This document shows, piece after piece, positions 24,526-38,185 of a stretch of 64,000 nt of DNA (its first letter is position 1; every line of letters begins with the position of its first letter). The stretch lies in NCBI RefSeq assembly GCF_006345805.1, contig NW_021824840.1, forward strand, positions 20,240 through 84,239, in the 5' to 3' direction. Under the pieces are notes generated by a model, which was given only the letters and a program-made list of their open reading frames with translations, had not been told where the DNA came from and did no database searches. The stretch comes from Octopus sinensis (lineage: Eukaryota). The position numbers and the translations under genes are program-made.

Positions 24526-25879
24526 AGAAACCGGACATGGTTTAAATTTGACCTTCGAAATGAAAAAGAAGCACATATATTTCTCTGTGTGTGCGTTTGT
24601 CTGGGTCAGAATGTATGTATGTGTGAATGAATAAGTAGAGTGAATGTATACATGCGTATGTATTTGTGTGTGTGTGCGTTTGTGTTTATACGTGTGGTGT
24701 GTGTACGTATGTGTATGTTTGTGTATATATGTATGTGTATGTATGTGTGTGTGTGTGTGTGTGTTACACCAGATTTCTCGTCCCTAAGTACCACTCACAT
24801 CTGAAGACATCTCAAGACGTAACCAGTCTTTTCACATCAATTAAAACAGTAAAATTGTGAAAACATCCTTCCTTCATAAATCTATTCATCTCACCAATAA
24901 TCTGGAAGCTCTTGCAAGGGTCATGGGCGCTGGCGCACCTCTCCACCACTACCACGACCACCAACACTGCATTTTCCTCCCCCTCCTTCTCCTTCTGTTT
25001 CTCTTCCGACCAATTAAACAAGAAATACTAAAACGAATTATTAAAAAAAATATATTGCAACTTTTTACTTATAACTTTTTTATATTTTTTTCATTTCTTT
25101 TAATTTTTTTTCTTTCTTCTCGTTTTCCGCCGCCATTTTCTTCTTTCTCTCTTCCTTTCATTCTTTCTTTTTTTCTTTCTTCTTTCTCTTTCTTTCTTGC
25201 CTTTTCCCTTTTTACTTCCTATTTCTGTTCTCTACATTTCTTTTTCTTGTTTATTTTTTTGTTTTCTCCTTTATTTTTGATTATTCTTATTCTTGTTCTT
25301 ATTCCTATTCCTTCGTTTTCCTTCATGACGTCGTTGCTCTCCTTCAAGCAGTGGTGGTTGTGTTAACAGCGAGGGCGGCGGCGGTGGTGTTGGCGGCCGT
25401 CGTGGTACTGGCAGTGCTGGTGGATTTGCTATGAGACAGATTTATTATAAGATGGTTAATGTATAGAAAGAAATGTTCCAGAGACCCCCACAGTGCCTTA
25501 AGGTATAGCAAAATAATGGTTGGTGAGTTCCGTCAACGCACACTGAAATGCATTGAGCGTTGACATTGCAGTATGACAATGCAGTTTGACAGGAGAGGAA
25601 AGGCGGATGTAGACATTAGATGAGTGACATGGCTCAGTGACTTGGATGTCAAAGACGGTGGAAGGTTTGCTAATGTCAAATGTCAAAAATATTACTTAAA
25701 CTTTGCTCGCGTTGAAGTTCTGATGTGGGACAAAGGAAAGCAAACTTTTGGTAGATCTGACACTCCAGAAGTCATACTGGTGATCAGTGAAAAGAGAAAG
25801 TGCGCAAGCGAGGAAGAGAGGGGAGAGAGAGAGAGAGGGAGAGAGAGAGAGAGAAACTGAGGGATAGACAGACAGACAG

Positions 25880-26220
25880 ACAGATAGATACATACATACA
25901 TACATACATGCATACATACATGCATACATACATACATACCTGCATACATACATACATACATACATGCATGCATGCATACATACATACATACATACATACA
26001 TACATAATACATACATGCATGCATGCATGCATACATACATACATACATACATACATAAATACATACATACATACATACATACATACACATACATACATAC
26101 ATACATACATGCATGCATGTATGCATGCATACATACATACATACATACATAAATACATACATACATACATACATACATACATACATACATACATACATAC
26201 ATACATACATACATACATAG
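25880..26220. repeat. (CATA)n microsatellite
   Basis: Direct reading. Confidence 0.95.
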
Positions 26221-26656
26221 ACAGAAAAACTGAGACTCAGGTGACCAACGAGATGAGATAATTGTTAAGTTTTCATTACTCTTGAGATTTTGGAAGTGAG
26301 AGCGATATGGTGACAATTTGTTGCACGGAATAGTTGCTTTTTGAAAGGACGAAACATACAGTAGCGACTTTTTAAAGATTACAATAGACTCCTGTCTGTC
26401 GTCGTCGTCATCATCATCATCATCATCGTCATCGTCGTCGTCGTCACCATCATCATCGTCGTCATCATCATCATCATCATGGTAAACCTTTGTATGTTGG
26501 ATCCTGTTGTGCAGTTCTCCACTTAGCATTGATGTAGAGTATATGTGATTTCTATATCAGAAAGGTATCCTATATCTAGATCAACAGGTCTGAGCAATCT
26601 TTCCACTCTGCTGATCTGTTCGACTGACGACCTACAACTCATATGTGTGCTACAAA

Positions 26657-27051
26657 TCTTTATATATAAAAGAGAAGTTGTGTGCTGTCTGTCTCCTACG
26701 ATTTAGATTCCTAACTATTCCCACATTTTGCGGTGCAGTTTAACCAAAACCGGGTATCTTATAGTCGTGATTCATATCGAGCCCTTCTGGGTATTAGCGC
26801 GCGTCTACGATGAGTCTACGATTTCTAAAAAATTTACCATCAATTTTTCACATTTTTAATGCATTTTTGGCATATATAAGGGAAGTAACTCTCTAAAAAT
26901 TTATTATTAAATCTCAGAACGTAAAAAGCTACGGTAACCCCCCCCCTTTGTGGTTAGCCATATTGAGATGGCTATTATACTTTACATCTCTAAAAATGCT
27001 TATATAGTTATTTCCCTTACAAACCCGAGCAACACCGGGCGATACTGCTAG
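26657..27051 (+). mobile_element. Non-autonomous Helitron, second family
   Basis: A|TCTTTATATATAAAAG start, hairpin cccgagcaacaccggg, CTAG|T end; sister copy at 40865-41259. Confidence 0.9.
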
Positions 27052-27541
27052 TAACATATAAAACCCTCTCAGTTCATACCCTAATATATTCCTAGATACA
27101 CAGTGACTGTAAAGGAGATGGGATGGTAACGGGCAAAACGTTTCTGATCATTGGTGCGCTCATTATCAGAATCACCATCAATGTCGCCATGTGTATTTTT
27201 ATCCTCAGCACCATAGTAATTTATACTTTCCTCCTAATCCTCTCTTCTTCCTCATTATTTTCTCATTTCTCTTCAGATATATTTACAATGTTTTATTTTG
27301 ACTTTGCAAAGCTAACTTTTAGACTAATATTGATTTAAAATTGTCGCACAAGGCCGGTCATTTCAGATAAGTCGATTACTTATTTTATCAACCCCGAAAG
27401 GAAGAAAGTAAAGTCGACCGCGACGGAATTTTTAATTCAAAACATTAAGACGGACGTAATTCCGCTAAGCATATTGTCCGGCGTACTATCGATTCTACCA
27501 GCTCACCGCTTAATAAATACTTTAATATTATTATCTATTAT

Positions 27542-27760
27542 AAGGCAGCAAGTTGGCAGTATCGTTAACACGCCGGAAAAATGCTTAGCGGCATTTCGTC
27601 AATCTTTACGTTCTGAGTTCAAATTCCGTCGAGGTCGACTTTACCTTTTATCCTCTTGGGGTCGATAAAATAAGTACCAGTTCATCACCGGAGTCGATGT
27701 AATCGACTTATCCCCTCCCCCGAAATTGCTGGCCTGGTGCCAAAATTTGGAACGAATATT
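27542..27760 (+). mobile_element. Family C SINE (decayed)
   Basis: ctgagttcaaattccgtcgaggtcgactttacc body. Confidence 0.7.
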
Positions 27761-28158
27761 ATTTGTTTTGGCATTTTTCAGAGAATGAAGGGCAGCACCT
27801 ATAATCTTTTGAAGGACCTATGGGACTGGTAGGAGCCGGAAGAAAGAAAGAAAGAAACAACAATTCGTTGTTTTGCTAGAAAAGAGCCTATCGAGATACC
27901 AAGTTAACTTCTGGCTTGGAACTGGATCTGAATGTTTACAACAGATGGACTCCGCTAAAAGTAAACAACACGTATAAACGAAAGCAAAATAAAAGGTTTA
28001 TAATTAAGCAACTGATTATGTGGAGGGAGAAAGAAGTCGCAAAGCAGATGAATATATAATAAAACGAGGCAGTAATAGGATGAGAATCACTGTAATATAA
28101 AGAAGGAGAAGGGGGAAAGTAGTGAAAAGAGGAAGGTACATGATATAAAGAAACACCA

Positions 28159-28266
<108 letters not shown>

Positions 28267-28751
28267 GGAAACTAAAAGATGAAAGTAGAAGAAAATTGAA
28301 ATTCTGTGATCTGTGGTACAATTTACAAAGCTATATTCTGGATCGTACTACTTGCTTATACACCAGTAAAACTTCATTCTGATATCTTCTATCAGGTCAT
28401 TAGTTCGTGGCGTGAACTAATTTCAAAATGTCGTCCCCAAAACAAGTTTACCTGAAGAAACTTTATTGTACCTACAGGTTGAATAGGCTGCAATTTTACG
28501 AGTGCAATTTTCTTTCTTTGAAATCCTCGGTCTTTTTTTTTTTGTAAGTTTGTTAAAGTTCATTAGATATCCAACCATATGAATATTTAGTGGTCTTTTT
28601 TCTAATCCGCATTTTGTGTGAAAGTTTCACTTGTAGCTAAGTTTTTGATTATTTTTTTTGAAAGGTATTTCAGGAGAAACTGGTAAAACGTATCAGGAAA
28701 CTTGACGTCTTGTCGTTTTTCTCAGCGTTTGAAAAACATACTCAAATATAT

Positions 28752-28982
28752 TTCTTTACTACCCACAAGGGGCTAAACATAGAGGGGACAAACAAGGACA
28801 GACAAAGGGATTAAGTCGATTATATCAACTCCAGTGCGTAACTGGTACTTTATTTAGAGACCCCGAAAGGATGAAAGGCAAAGTCGACCTCGGCGGAAAT
28901 TGAACTCAGAACGTAACGGCAGACGAAATACCGCTAAGCATTTCGCCCGGAGTGCTAACGTTTCTGCCAGCTCGCCGCCTTA
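28752..28982 (-). mobile_element. Family C SINE, full length
   Basis: Reverse complement of the 4754-4985 type. Confidence 0.9.
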
Positions 28983-30233
28983 ACCAGCTCGCCAACAAGC
29001 CTTGTGCACACCACTTTATCTTATGGAATTTTATTTCAGTCTGTTATATCTTATTTATTTAAATAGCAATCAGCTATATTCCTTGTATTTTCAATATATG
29101 CATCCTCCTCCTCTTTGCCATTTCATTTTTCTTTTATTCTTTTTTTCTTCATAACACATCTTGCTCACTCCTTCCATAACTAGACGTCCAAAATTATCTC
29201 ATAAAAAAATTGAGAACAATTAGAAAAACCTACTGTTCTCATAATTGGAAAAATAAACTTGTATTTTTCTATAGAATGTTGTATGTATTTAACTTTATTC
29301 CTATTTTATCATTTTATGTTTTCAAAAACGATCAACTGGGTTATATACACGTGTATGTCTCCTCCAGTATCTTATTTCTTTTCTTTTAACATTCTTTTCT
29401 ATTCACGGCTAACATGAACTAAAAAATTTCGGGTAGGAAATTGAGTTCGTTGTAAAAATAATTGCACATCAAGCTACACACTTTGATATCTTAACTTCAA
29501 AATGCTAGCATAACCCTTCTCTAGGATTTGGAGTTCATTCCATCTGGTCATGGCGATTCAAAACATTTCATTCCATTTAAATTTAGCTAAAATATAAACA
29601 AGAAGCTGTCGCACGAATCAAAGTAGAAGAAAAAAAAAACATTAATCTTTGCAAAAACAAAATGTGTTGTTTCATTATATTAGACTAGAGATTTTGATTC
29701 AATACTTTAAATGCTAACATAAAGCCATCGTTGATAGAAACTCGTACAAAAATCTATTCACTGAAACGAATTACAGCGAAAGCCAAGACAAATACAAGTT
29801 AAATATAAAACAGTGGTGCTGTTAGCTTTATGTGCATATGTGTCTATGTGTGTGTGCGTATACGTGTGTGTGCGCATACGTGTGTGTGCATGTGTATGTG
29901 AGTGTGTGACGAGTGTATGTGTGTGTATCTGTGTGTGTGTGCATATGTATGTGTGTGTGTGCGCGTGTCTGTGTGTGACACTTGGTGGACTAATCGGTGA
30001 TACTATACACACATATGTATATAATATACACATATACACGCAGATGGATAAATGCATGTGTTTGTGTGTACATACATATATACAATATTATATATATATA
30101 TATATATAGATATATATATATATAAATACATACATATATATGCATATATATATATGGTGTGAATATATATATATTATATATATATATATACTATATATAT
30201 AGTATATATATTATATATTATATATATATATAT

Positions 30234-30265
<32 letters not shown>

Positions 30266-30363
30266 TTATATATATTATATATATATATATATAATATATT
30301 ATATATATATATATTATATATATTATATATATATATATAAATACATACATATATATGCATATA

Positions 30364-30410
<47 letters not shown>

Positions 30411-31434
30411 ATATATATTATATATATATATATGTATGTATATATATATTATGTACTATATAATCACATACTCGTACATATGTCTACGCATCTATCAAAC
30501 CACAACGGGTTTATGTTAGAACTCTTGACTTATTTGTAGTCGAATTGATAAATATGTATTAACCTGTTGGGATTTGAATGCAATTATAAATTGGTTAACC
30601 GATTCCAATAAATTGGTTAACCGATTCCAATAAATTTAATGTCAACAGAGCTGAACTGCGAACTCGACTTCAGGAGAGGAAATATATCACATATATTTCA
30701 CGTGAAAAGTAGGAACATTACAATTTATGCTAGTAACTCTAATATTGGTATTATCACTATCACATAACCGAAAACTGAATCTTGGGTTTGTTTGTAACAC
30801 ATTCTACGAAATACTTGTTGATTTTTCCACTTCACTTGGGATCAGGTCATTTTCTTCCTCGAATTAAACTTCGACGAACGAATAAAAACATTTTTTTTTT
30901 CTTTTGTTTTATTTCATGCCGGAATATCAAGACATAAGGAGGTGAAAGGTGCCGAGGGTTGTACACCAGGCAAAGTAATTATAACAGTACCAATACGTTT
31001 CATATCTTTAAGAAATGCTGTACGATTTTCTTCGTCGTGTTTCTTGATAGTTGTGTGATATTCATCGTGATTCTTGATAGCTGTGTTTGCGATTTCAAGC
31101 TGAACACATTAAATCCAAAAACAATTAGTCTTGTGTGATGTTGGATAAGTGATTTTAGTGAAATTAACTAGTTGTAGGAGTAGTATAATGGTAGTGGTGG
31201 GAGGCGGAGGCGAGCTGACAGAATCGTTAGCACATTTGACAAAATGCTTTACTTGGTAGCATTTCGTCCGGTTTTACGTTCTGAGTTCAAATTCCACCTA
31301 GGACGACTTTTATCCTTCCGTAGTCGAAAAAATGATAACTAGTTGAGCACTGAAGTCGATGCAATCGGTAATCTCCCGCCCCCAAAATTTCAAACCCTAT
31401 GTCTAAACTAGAAACATTATTAATATTATTAATA

Positions 31435-31490
<56 letters not shown>

Positions 31491-31802
31491 TAATAATAAT
31501 AACCTTTTCTTCAATGCTGCCAAGGTACCTTTTCCTCAATTAAATCTCACGTCAATTCTTTCAGCAAATCCATGTACTATTTGAATTTGTGTTTCTAGTT
31601 ATTAATCCCATGCAGCGTACAATTTAAAGCCATCTATATCATTATGAGTTTATGTGTGTATGTGCGTGCGTGTGTACCTGTATATGTGAGTGTGTGGCGA
31701 GTGTATGTGCGTGTGTATCTGTGTACGTGTGTACATATGTATGTGTGCGTGTGTGCGTGTCTGTGACACTTGGTGGACTAATCGGTGATACTATACACAC
31801 AT

Positions 31803-31897
31803 ATGTTCTTCTCAATACGTGTGACGTACCAGCTAAGACAATCTTTTGCACTTCCTGCATGGATGGTAAGTCCGGGATCATCCTCAAATAATTTTCT
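31803..31897 (-). pseudogene. R4/Dong-like (RLE) LINE extreme C-terminus; duplicated at 32185-32280
   Basis: IPDLPSMQEVQKIVLAGTSHVLRR matches the RLE LINE terminal motif QKxxLxGTxxILR. Confidence 0.7.
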
Positions 31898-31899
31898 TA

Positions 31900-31950
<51 letters not shown>

Positions 31951-32640
31951 TCTTTCAATTTTGTTTCCGTTTCTTGCCGAGTGTCTTCCCAACACCTAGG
32001 GCAAAGAAACTCACAGTATACGTTGGTAGGTCATTAAAATAAACACACCAGATTGTTCGTTTACAAAGTCATGTGACAGAAAAAATAGGGGAAGAAAGAT
32101 AGACCAAAGAAATAAAAAAGAAAACATGAAAAAGTCGAAAACAAAGAAAATAAAGGGAAAAAGGAAAGAAAATTCACAGCGACAATGTTCTTCTCAATAC
32201 GTGTAACATACGAATGCAATAATCTTTTGCACATCCTGCATGGATGGTAAACCAAGGATCATCTTCAAATAATTTTCATATCATCATCATCATCATCATC
32301 ATTATTATTATTATTATATTATTATTATTATTATTATTATTTTTATTATATTATTATTATTATTATTATTATTATTTAGTTGACAATATCGTTAGGTTGC
32401 GGAAAAGATGTCTTGCCAGAATTAGGTATTTTTACTCTTTGCTGTGACAGCATGAAAATTTTTGCATATTACCTTATTTTTCCCATTCAGCTACGTTTAA
32501 AAAAAATCTCTCTTATGCGTCTATAATATTACTTCTATGCCTTTTGCGTCAACCAGGTTTTAGGATTTCTAAATATTTTTACGTCTGTGCATATTCTAAA
32601 TCATTGTTTCTTTATTTAGCACGATACTAATGTTCTTAAT

Positions 32641-33250
32641 TAACCTTTTCTTCAATGCTGCCAAGGTACCTTTTCCTCAATTAAATCTCACGTCAATTCT
32701 TTCAGCAAATCCATGCACTATTTGAAGCTGTGTTTCTAGTTATTAATCACATGCAGCGTACAATTTAAAGCCATCCATATAGAAAAGATAGTTTATTTCC
32801 TCCCATAGCATTTGTATTCGAGTCAAGCCTGGTGAACATTTTGACTTAGTCATAGTTACGAAGATAGTTTCCCTCAATGAACCAGCCAGGTGTTGCTTCG
32901 GTTTTGTCATTATCTTATTAAACATCTCTGCAAACGCCATATGTGTCACTGTAAAATGCCTTAACCATAAATCTGGCATCTTATCGTGTCCTGGTGCCTT
33001 CTAGTTGCTTGTATTTTCTTTGTGGCGTCTGACCTACTGTGCATGTGTTGCGTTCGTTATTTTGAACAAGCATTTTCGTGATAATTCCTTCGTTGTCCAT
33101 ACTCCCTGCTGGGATTCTTCTACTTCATTTTCTGTTAGTGTTGCATTGATTTTTAATTTATTTTGACTTAGCACTTGACAGAATTGTTAGGATTGAAGTA
33201 AAACTGTTTGTTCAATTCATAAAATCACTGTCGCCTTTCTCTCTGCCGGT
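32641..33250 (-). pseudogene. R4/Dong-like LINE reverse transcriptase fragment with internal deletion
   Basis: KAPGHDKMPDLWLRHF..AFAEMFNKIM joined to INYLFYMDGFKLYA (HLLYMDDLKLYA motif); 32641-32778 is duplicated at 31500-31637. Confidence 0.8.
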
Positions 33251-33482
33251 TTCTTTAATTCATAAAATAAAGTATCACTAGGTAAACAACTTACTACAGT
33301 GAGTGTAACTAATATGAGAATCGATACAGCGTCTAAAAGTATGTTCTATAGTGATTAATTATATTTCTATACATTTTACATGTTTAAATCCCACCAAAGT
33401 CGACTTTGCCACTAAATTTTCTGGGATCGATACAAGTCAAGGCGACTGAGTAAGAACCAAGCAGTTTATCTTATAGGATCGG

Positions 33483-34077
33483 AAGGTTGCTGTTGTTGTT
33501 GTTATCGTCGTCGTCTTAACCCTCACCCCCATCGATCGAACAGACCAATGGTTTAAGATATTCCGTCCATAACCATACCACCTAGTCTAAAAGCCACATT
33601 ATCCAGTGTGTCCTTTTCACTCATAAAAACGATAAAGGCGTCATTTGAAAGAGATTTGGTACTGCGAAGCTCCCCCGATTTTTCAGGGATTTAGCTGGAG
33701 AAATACGACGGCTGTGAAGGGCTTCTACAAAAATAATCCTAGTTGTTATAGGTTCCCTAGGCTCCGTCACTAACAGACTTAACAACTCCCTTATTGAGAT
33801 TGGTGTAACTACAAGAGTTGCATTGATTCAGAAATCTGCTCTATATTTACGTCGTATTTCTCCAGCTACATCCCTGAAAAATCGGGGGAGCTTCGCAGTA
33901 CCAAATCTCTTTCAAATGACGCCTTTATCGTTTTTATGAGTGAAAAGGACACACTGGATAATGTGGCTTTTAGACTAGGTGGTATGGTTATGGACGGAAT
34001 ATCTTAAACCATTGGTCTGTTCGATCGATGGGGATGAGGGTTAAGACGACGACGATAACAACAACAACAGCAACCTT
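33483..34077. repeat. 228-bp near-perfect inverted repeat with 139-bp spacer
   Basis: 33483-33710 vs reverse complement of 33850-34077; two mismatches seen. Confidence 0.95.
33685..33858 (+). pseudogene. R4/Dong-like RLE endonuclease C-terminal fragment (spacer of the inverted repeat)
   Basis: RDLAGEIRRL*RASTKIILVVIGSLGSVTNRLNNSLIEIGVTTRVALIQKSAL matches DLAxEIxRLW..VIPVVIGALG..LQKxAL. Confidence 0.8.
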
Positions 34078-34673
34078 ATTATTATTATTATTATTATTAT
34101 TATTGTTGTATTATTATTATTATTATATTATATTATTATTATTATTATTATTGCATAAGCCGTATAAGTGGAACAGCTGATGTTTGGAGACATCAAAGAT
34201 AGTCGCTGACCTGAACGGAGCAGCAGCAACTTAACACACGCATGCACACACATATGTATGTGCGTGTGTATAACATATATATATATATTATATATATATA
34301 TATATATATATTATAATATTATATATATTATATATTATATATATACACGCGCCAAAATGAGGGCGGAAAAGTGAAGTAGATGAAGCAAGTCCAAGGTCAA
34401 ATAAATACAAAGTCGTATTTGAAATATTAGACGTCTCAATAAAGGCAGGATTTATATATACATTTATGTGTATATTTGGACATTTGCGCTCACGCCATTA
34501 TGCAAGCTATTAGCTTGTCGTCACTTGCATTCTGCATGAACATAATTAATCCATATATTTACATCAAATATACATGTATGTGTGGGTGGGTCTATATGTA
34601 TATATATATATATAATATTATAACATGTATGTGTGGGTGGGTCTCTCTCTCTCCTCTCTCCTCTCTCTCTCTC

Positions 34674-34728
<55 letters not shown>

Positions 34729-34818
34729 TATATGATAGATAGATAGATAGACAGATATAGATGTAAGTACACATAATCTTATCGAGTTTTCCTTTTTTTT
34801 AGGTACCTACTTATATTA

Positions 34819-34918
<100 letters not shown>

Positions 34919-35416
34919 TATAATGGCCTTGGAGCGGAAAAAATTATAATTTCAAAATACACTATGACGTTTGCTACCCTCTTCTAAGTTCTGTGTTCAT
35001 ATCGTGTCGAGGTCACAGTTTAACATTAGCCATTTTAGCTTCTATAGAATAAATACCAGTCAAGAACAGGAAATCCGATTTAATTGATTGTTACCTTACC
35101 CTAAAATTCGAGACCCTATATAAATGTTAGAATACATTATAACGCAGTTGATTGGCAGATTTGTTAAAACCGGTTGTGAGGTCAAATCCTGCCGTGTGCA
35201 ATTTTACCTTTCATCCTCCCATGATAGATAACCTAAAGTACCAGTGAAAAACGGAGGCCAATATAATCAACAAACCACTCTCCTACAAACCACTCTCCTG
35301 GATTTGTGCCTCCGTTAGAAAACGATGATTAATGTTGAGCTGGAAAAAATCGTTAGCGTATTAGGACAAAATTCTCAACGGCATTTCTTTACCTTCTGAG
35401 TTCATATCCCGCTGAT

Positions 35417-35795
35417 ACTCTTTTACTTGTTTCAGTCATTTGACTGCGGCCATGGTGGATCACCGCCTTTAGTCGAGCAAATCGACCCCAGGACTTATTC
35501 CTCGTAAGCCTAGTACTTATTCTATCGGTCTCTTTTGCCGATCCGCTAAGTTACGGGGACATAAACGCACAGAGGCACACAAACACAAAACACACACACA
35601 CCACACACACATACACATATATATATATATACATTTATACGACGGGCTTCTTTCAGTTTCCGTCTACCAAATCCACTCACAAGGCTTTGGTCGGCTCGAG
35701 GCTACAGTAGAAGACACTTGCCCAAGGTGCCACGCAGTGGGACTGAACCCGGAACCATGTGGTTAGTAAGGAAGCTACTTGCCACAGCGACTCTT
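35417..35795 (-). mobile_element. Family A SINE
   Basis: Same body as 12378-12785. Confidence 0.85.
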
Positions 35796-35925
35796 GCTGA
35801 TGTTAACTTTTGCCTTCCGTCCTTCAGGGTCGATAAAATGAGTACAAGTGTGTGGGGGTTGAAGTAGGTTGAGATGGGGTGAATTCACATAAAGAATCTT
35901 GCAAACAAGATACAAAAACGAAATA

Positions 35926-35960
<35 letters not shown>

Positions 35961-36005
35961 ATAAAGTTTCGGAATGTAGATCACGAAGCAAGGAAAGCTG
36001 TAAAT

Positions 36006-36517
36006 TAGTGGTTCTCAACAAGCGTTCATATGACCTTTGGGGTCCATATGACTCTTGAGGTCCATATGGCCCTTGGGGGTCCATATAAGATTTTGTTGTT
36101 AAAATTTATTTGCAATAAATTGGTCAAACGTTACAATACACAAATTTAAAAAAAAATTTTAAATACAATTCTTAAAAATATTTCATTATTAAAAAAAACG
36201 GTGAGGTGGCAAAATCATTAGCACACCGGACAAAATGCTTGCCGACATTTTGCCCGGCTTTACTTTCTGAGTTCAAATTCCGCCGAGGTCGACTTTGCCT
36301 TTCATTCTTTTAGGGTCGATATAATAAGAACCTGTTGATCACTGGGGTCGATATAATCGACTCATCCACTTCCCAAAAATTGCTGGCCTTGTCCAAAATT
36401 TGAAACTAATATTTAATCGTAATACGACTTTTTTAAACATTGAATTGTCCTGAGGGTCCACCCAAGTATAATAAGAATCAGCAGTGTCCATAAGCCAAAA
36501 ATGGCTGAAAACCATTG
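36006..36517. mobile_element. hAT/Charlie-like MITE with nested family C SINE (about 36200-36410)
   Basis: TIRs tagtggttctcaac / gctgaaaaccattg; 8-bp flanks ctgtaaat / ctgtaagt; subterminal ~21-bp repeats ggtccatatg. Confidence 0.7.
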
Positions 36518-36645
36518 CTGTAAGTAATAACGTGTAAATATTGGGTTAAAAAAACACTTTGGAAAGAGGAAGTCGACGGTTGCCCGTACGAATCGAACTC
36601 ACAATTTCTGTACACATAACAGGCGTTTTTATGACGTCAAAGAAC

Positions 36646-36694
<49 letters not shown>

Positions 36695-36786
36695 TAATAT
36701 ATATATATATATACACCCACACAAATCTACATACATATATGTGTGTGTGTGTATATGCATGTATGCATGTGTGTAAGGGTGTATGT

Positions 36787-37170
36787 GGAAGCACTCCGTC
36801 GGTTACGACGACGAGGGTTCCGGTTGATCCGAATCAACGGAACAGCCTGCTCGTGAAATTAACGTGTAAGTGGCTGAGCACTCCACAGACACATGTACCC
36901 TTAACGTAGTTCTCGGGGATATTCAGCGTGACACAGAGAGTGACAAGGCCGGCCCTTTGAAATACAGGTACAATAGAAACAGGAAGTAAGAGTGAGAGAA
37001 AGTTGTGGTGAAAGAGTACAGCAGGGATCACCACCATCCCCTGCCGGAGCCTCGTGGAGCTTTAGGTGTTTTCGCTCAATAAACACTCACAACGCCCGGT
37101 CTGGGAATCGAAACCGCGATCCTATGACCGCGAGTCCGCTGCCCTAACCACTGGGCCATTGCGCCTCCAC
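36787..37170 (-). mobile_element. Family B SINE flanked by ~85-bp direct repeat
   Basis: atatatacacccacacaaatctac...gtaagggtgtatgt at about 36703-36786 and 37171-37258. Confidence 0.9.
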
Positions 37171-37580
37171 ATATATATATACACCCACACAAATCTACAT
37201 ACATATATATGTGTGTGTGTGTGTATAGGCATGTATGCATGTGTGTAAGGGTGTATGTATACATTTATGCACTACTAAACTTAAACTATTTTGTGTATGC
37301 GTAATACATTAATAATATGCGCACAGTGGTTCACTGTCAAACAGTTCCGCCTACTCTACGAAGAAATATATTTATGAACGAATGAAAAAGAAAAAGAGAT
37401 AGAAAACGAAAGCGAAGGTATGTCTATAGTGGGAAAGGGGAAAGAAAGAGAAGGAAGAAAACCCCGAAAGAAAACGAAGTGGTGTGTAAATCCTTATCAT
37501 TAGTTCCGGAAGTGATTCGAGCAAAGCGGAAGTATCTATCCACAAATGGTTTCTTGATAAGATTATATACATATATATAT

Positions 37581-37626
<46 letters not shown>

Positions 37627-38016
37627 AACGGAGCCAATCATCATGTTGGTTTATATATATGCACTTAAGGTTTAAACATTACGTCTCGTGTCGTACGATT
37701 CCAAAATAAGGAAACATCAAGAAGCACAAGAAGGTAAAGATGTTGGCGTCTCTAGAAATGACGGTGGGTGGATAAGAGGATAAGAGAAATATAATTTAGT
37801 GGGCGACAACATGTATTTCCTTCGTGTGGTCATTATTTACAGAAATAGACCGATATTCCTCCACCCATTTCCACCAGTGTATCAAGTTAGGTTTATACAA
37901 ATTTGAAATGTAAGATGGTTGAGTGGATATAAGATTGGACTAAGTTGTTCGTGAGTTCAAATCCAAGCCAGTGCAGGTGTATGTATGTATGTATGTATGT
38001 ATGTAACGGGAAGCTT

Positions 38017-38185
38017 TATGAAAATAAACAAAAGACGAAGGCAGGTGGAATACAAACAAACAATTGTATTAGTATGGCGCTCAGGAATATAAGTAAAACA
38101 AGTCTTTTACGTTTCGAGCCTACGCTCTTCAACAGAAAGATACACAGAAAAGAAACACGGAGAGAAAAAAAATGCGTGCAGAAGC
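38017..38185 (-). repeat. Interspersed repeat with hammerhead motif; sister copy at 60560-60738
   Basis: Reverse complement aligns with 60560-60738. Confidence 0.8.
38103..38140 (-). ncRNA. Minimal type I hammerhead-like motif, U at core position 6
   Basis: Minus: tcttt|CTGTTGA|a|gagc-gtag-gctc|GAAA|cg|TA|aaaga. Perfect 5-bp stem I, 4-bp stem II, palindromic ACGT stem III. Confidence 0.5.

Noticed and set aside
25525-25600. gtcaacgc/gcgttgac hairpin as a pre-miRNA
   Set aside because: Stem only 8 bp with a large unpaired interior; no recognised conserved miRNA sequence.
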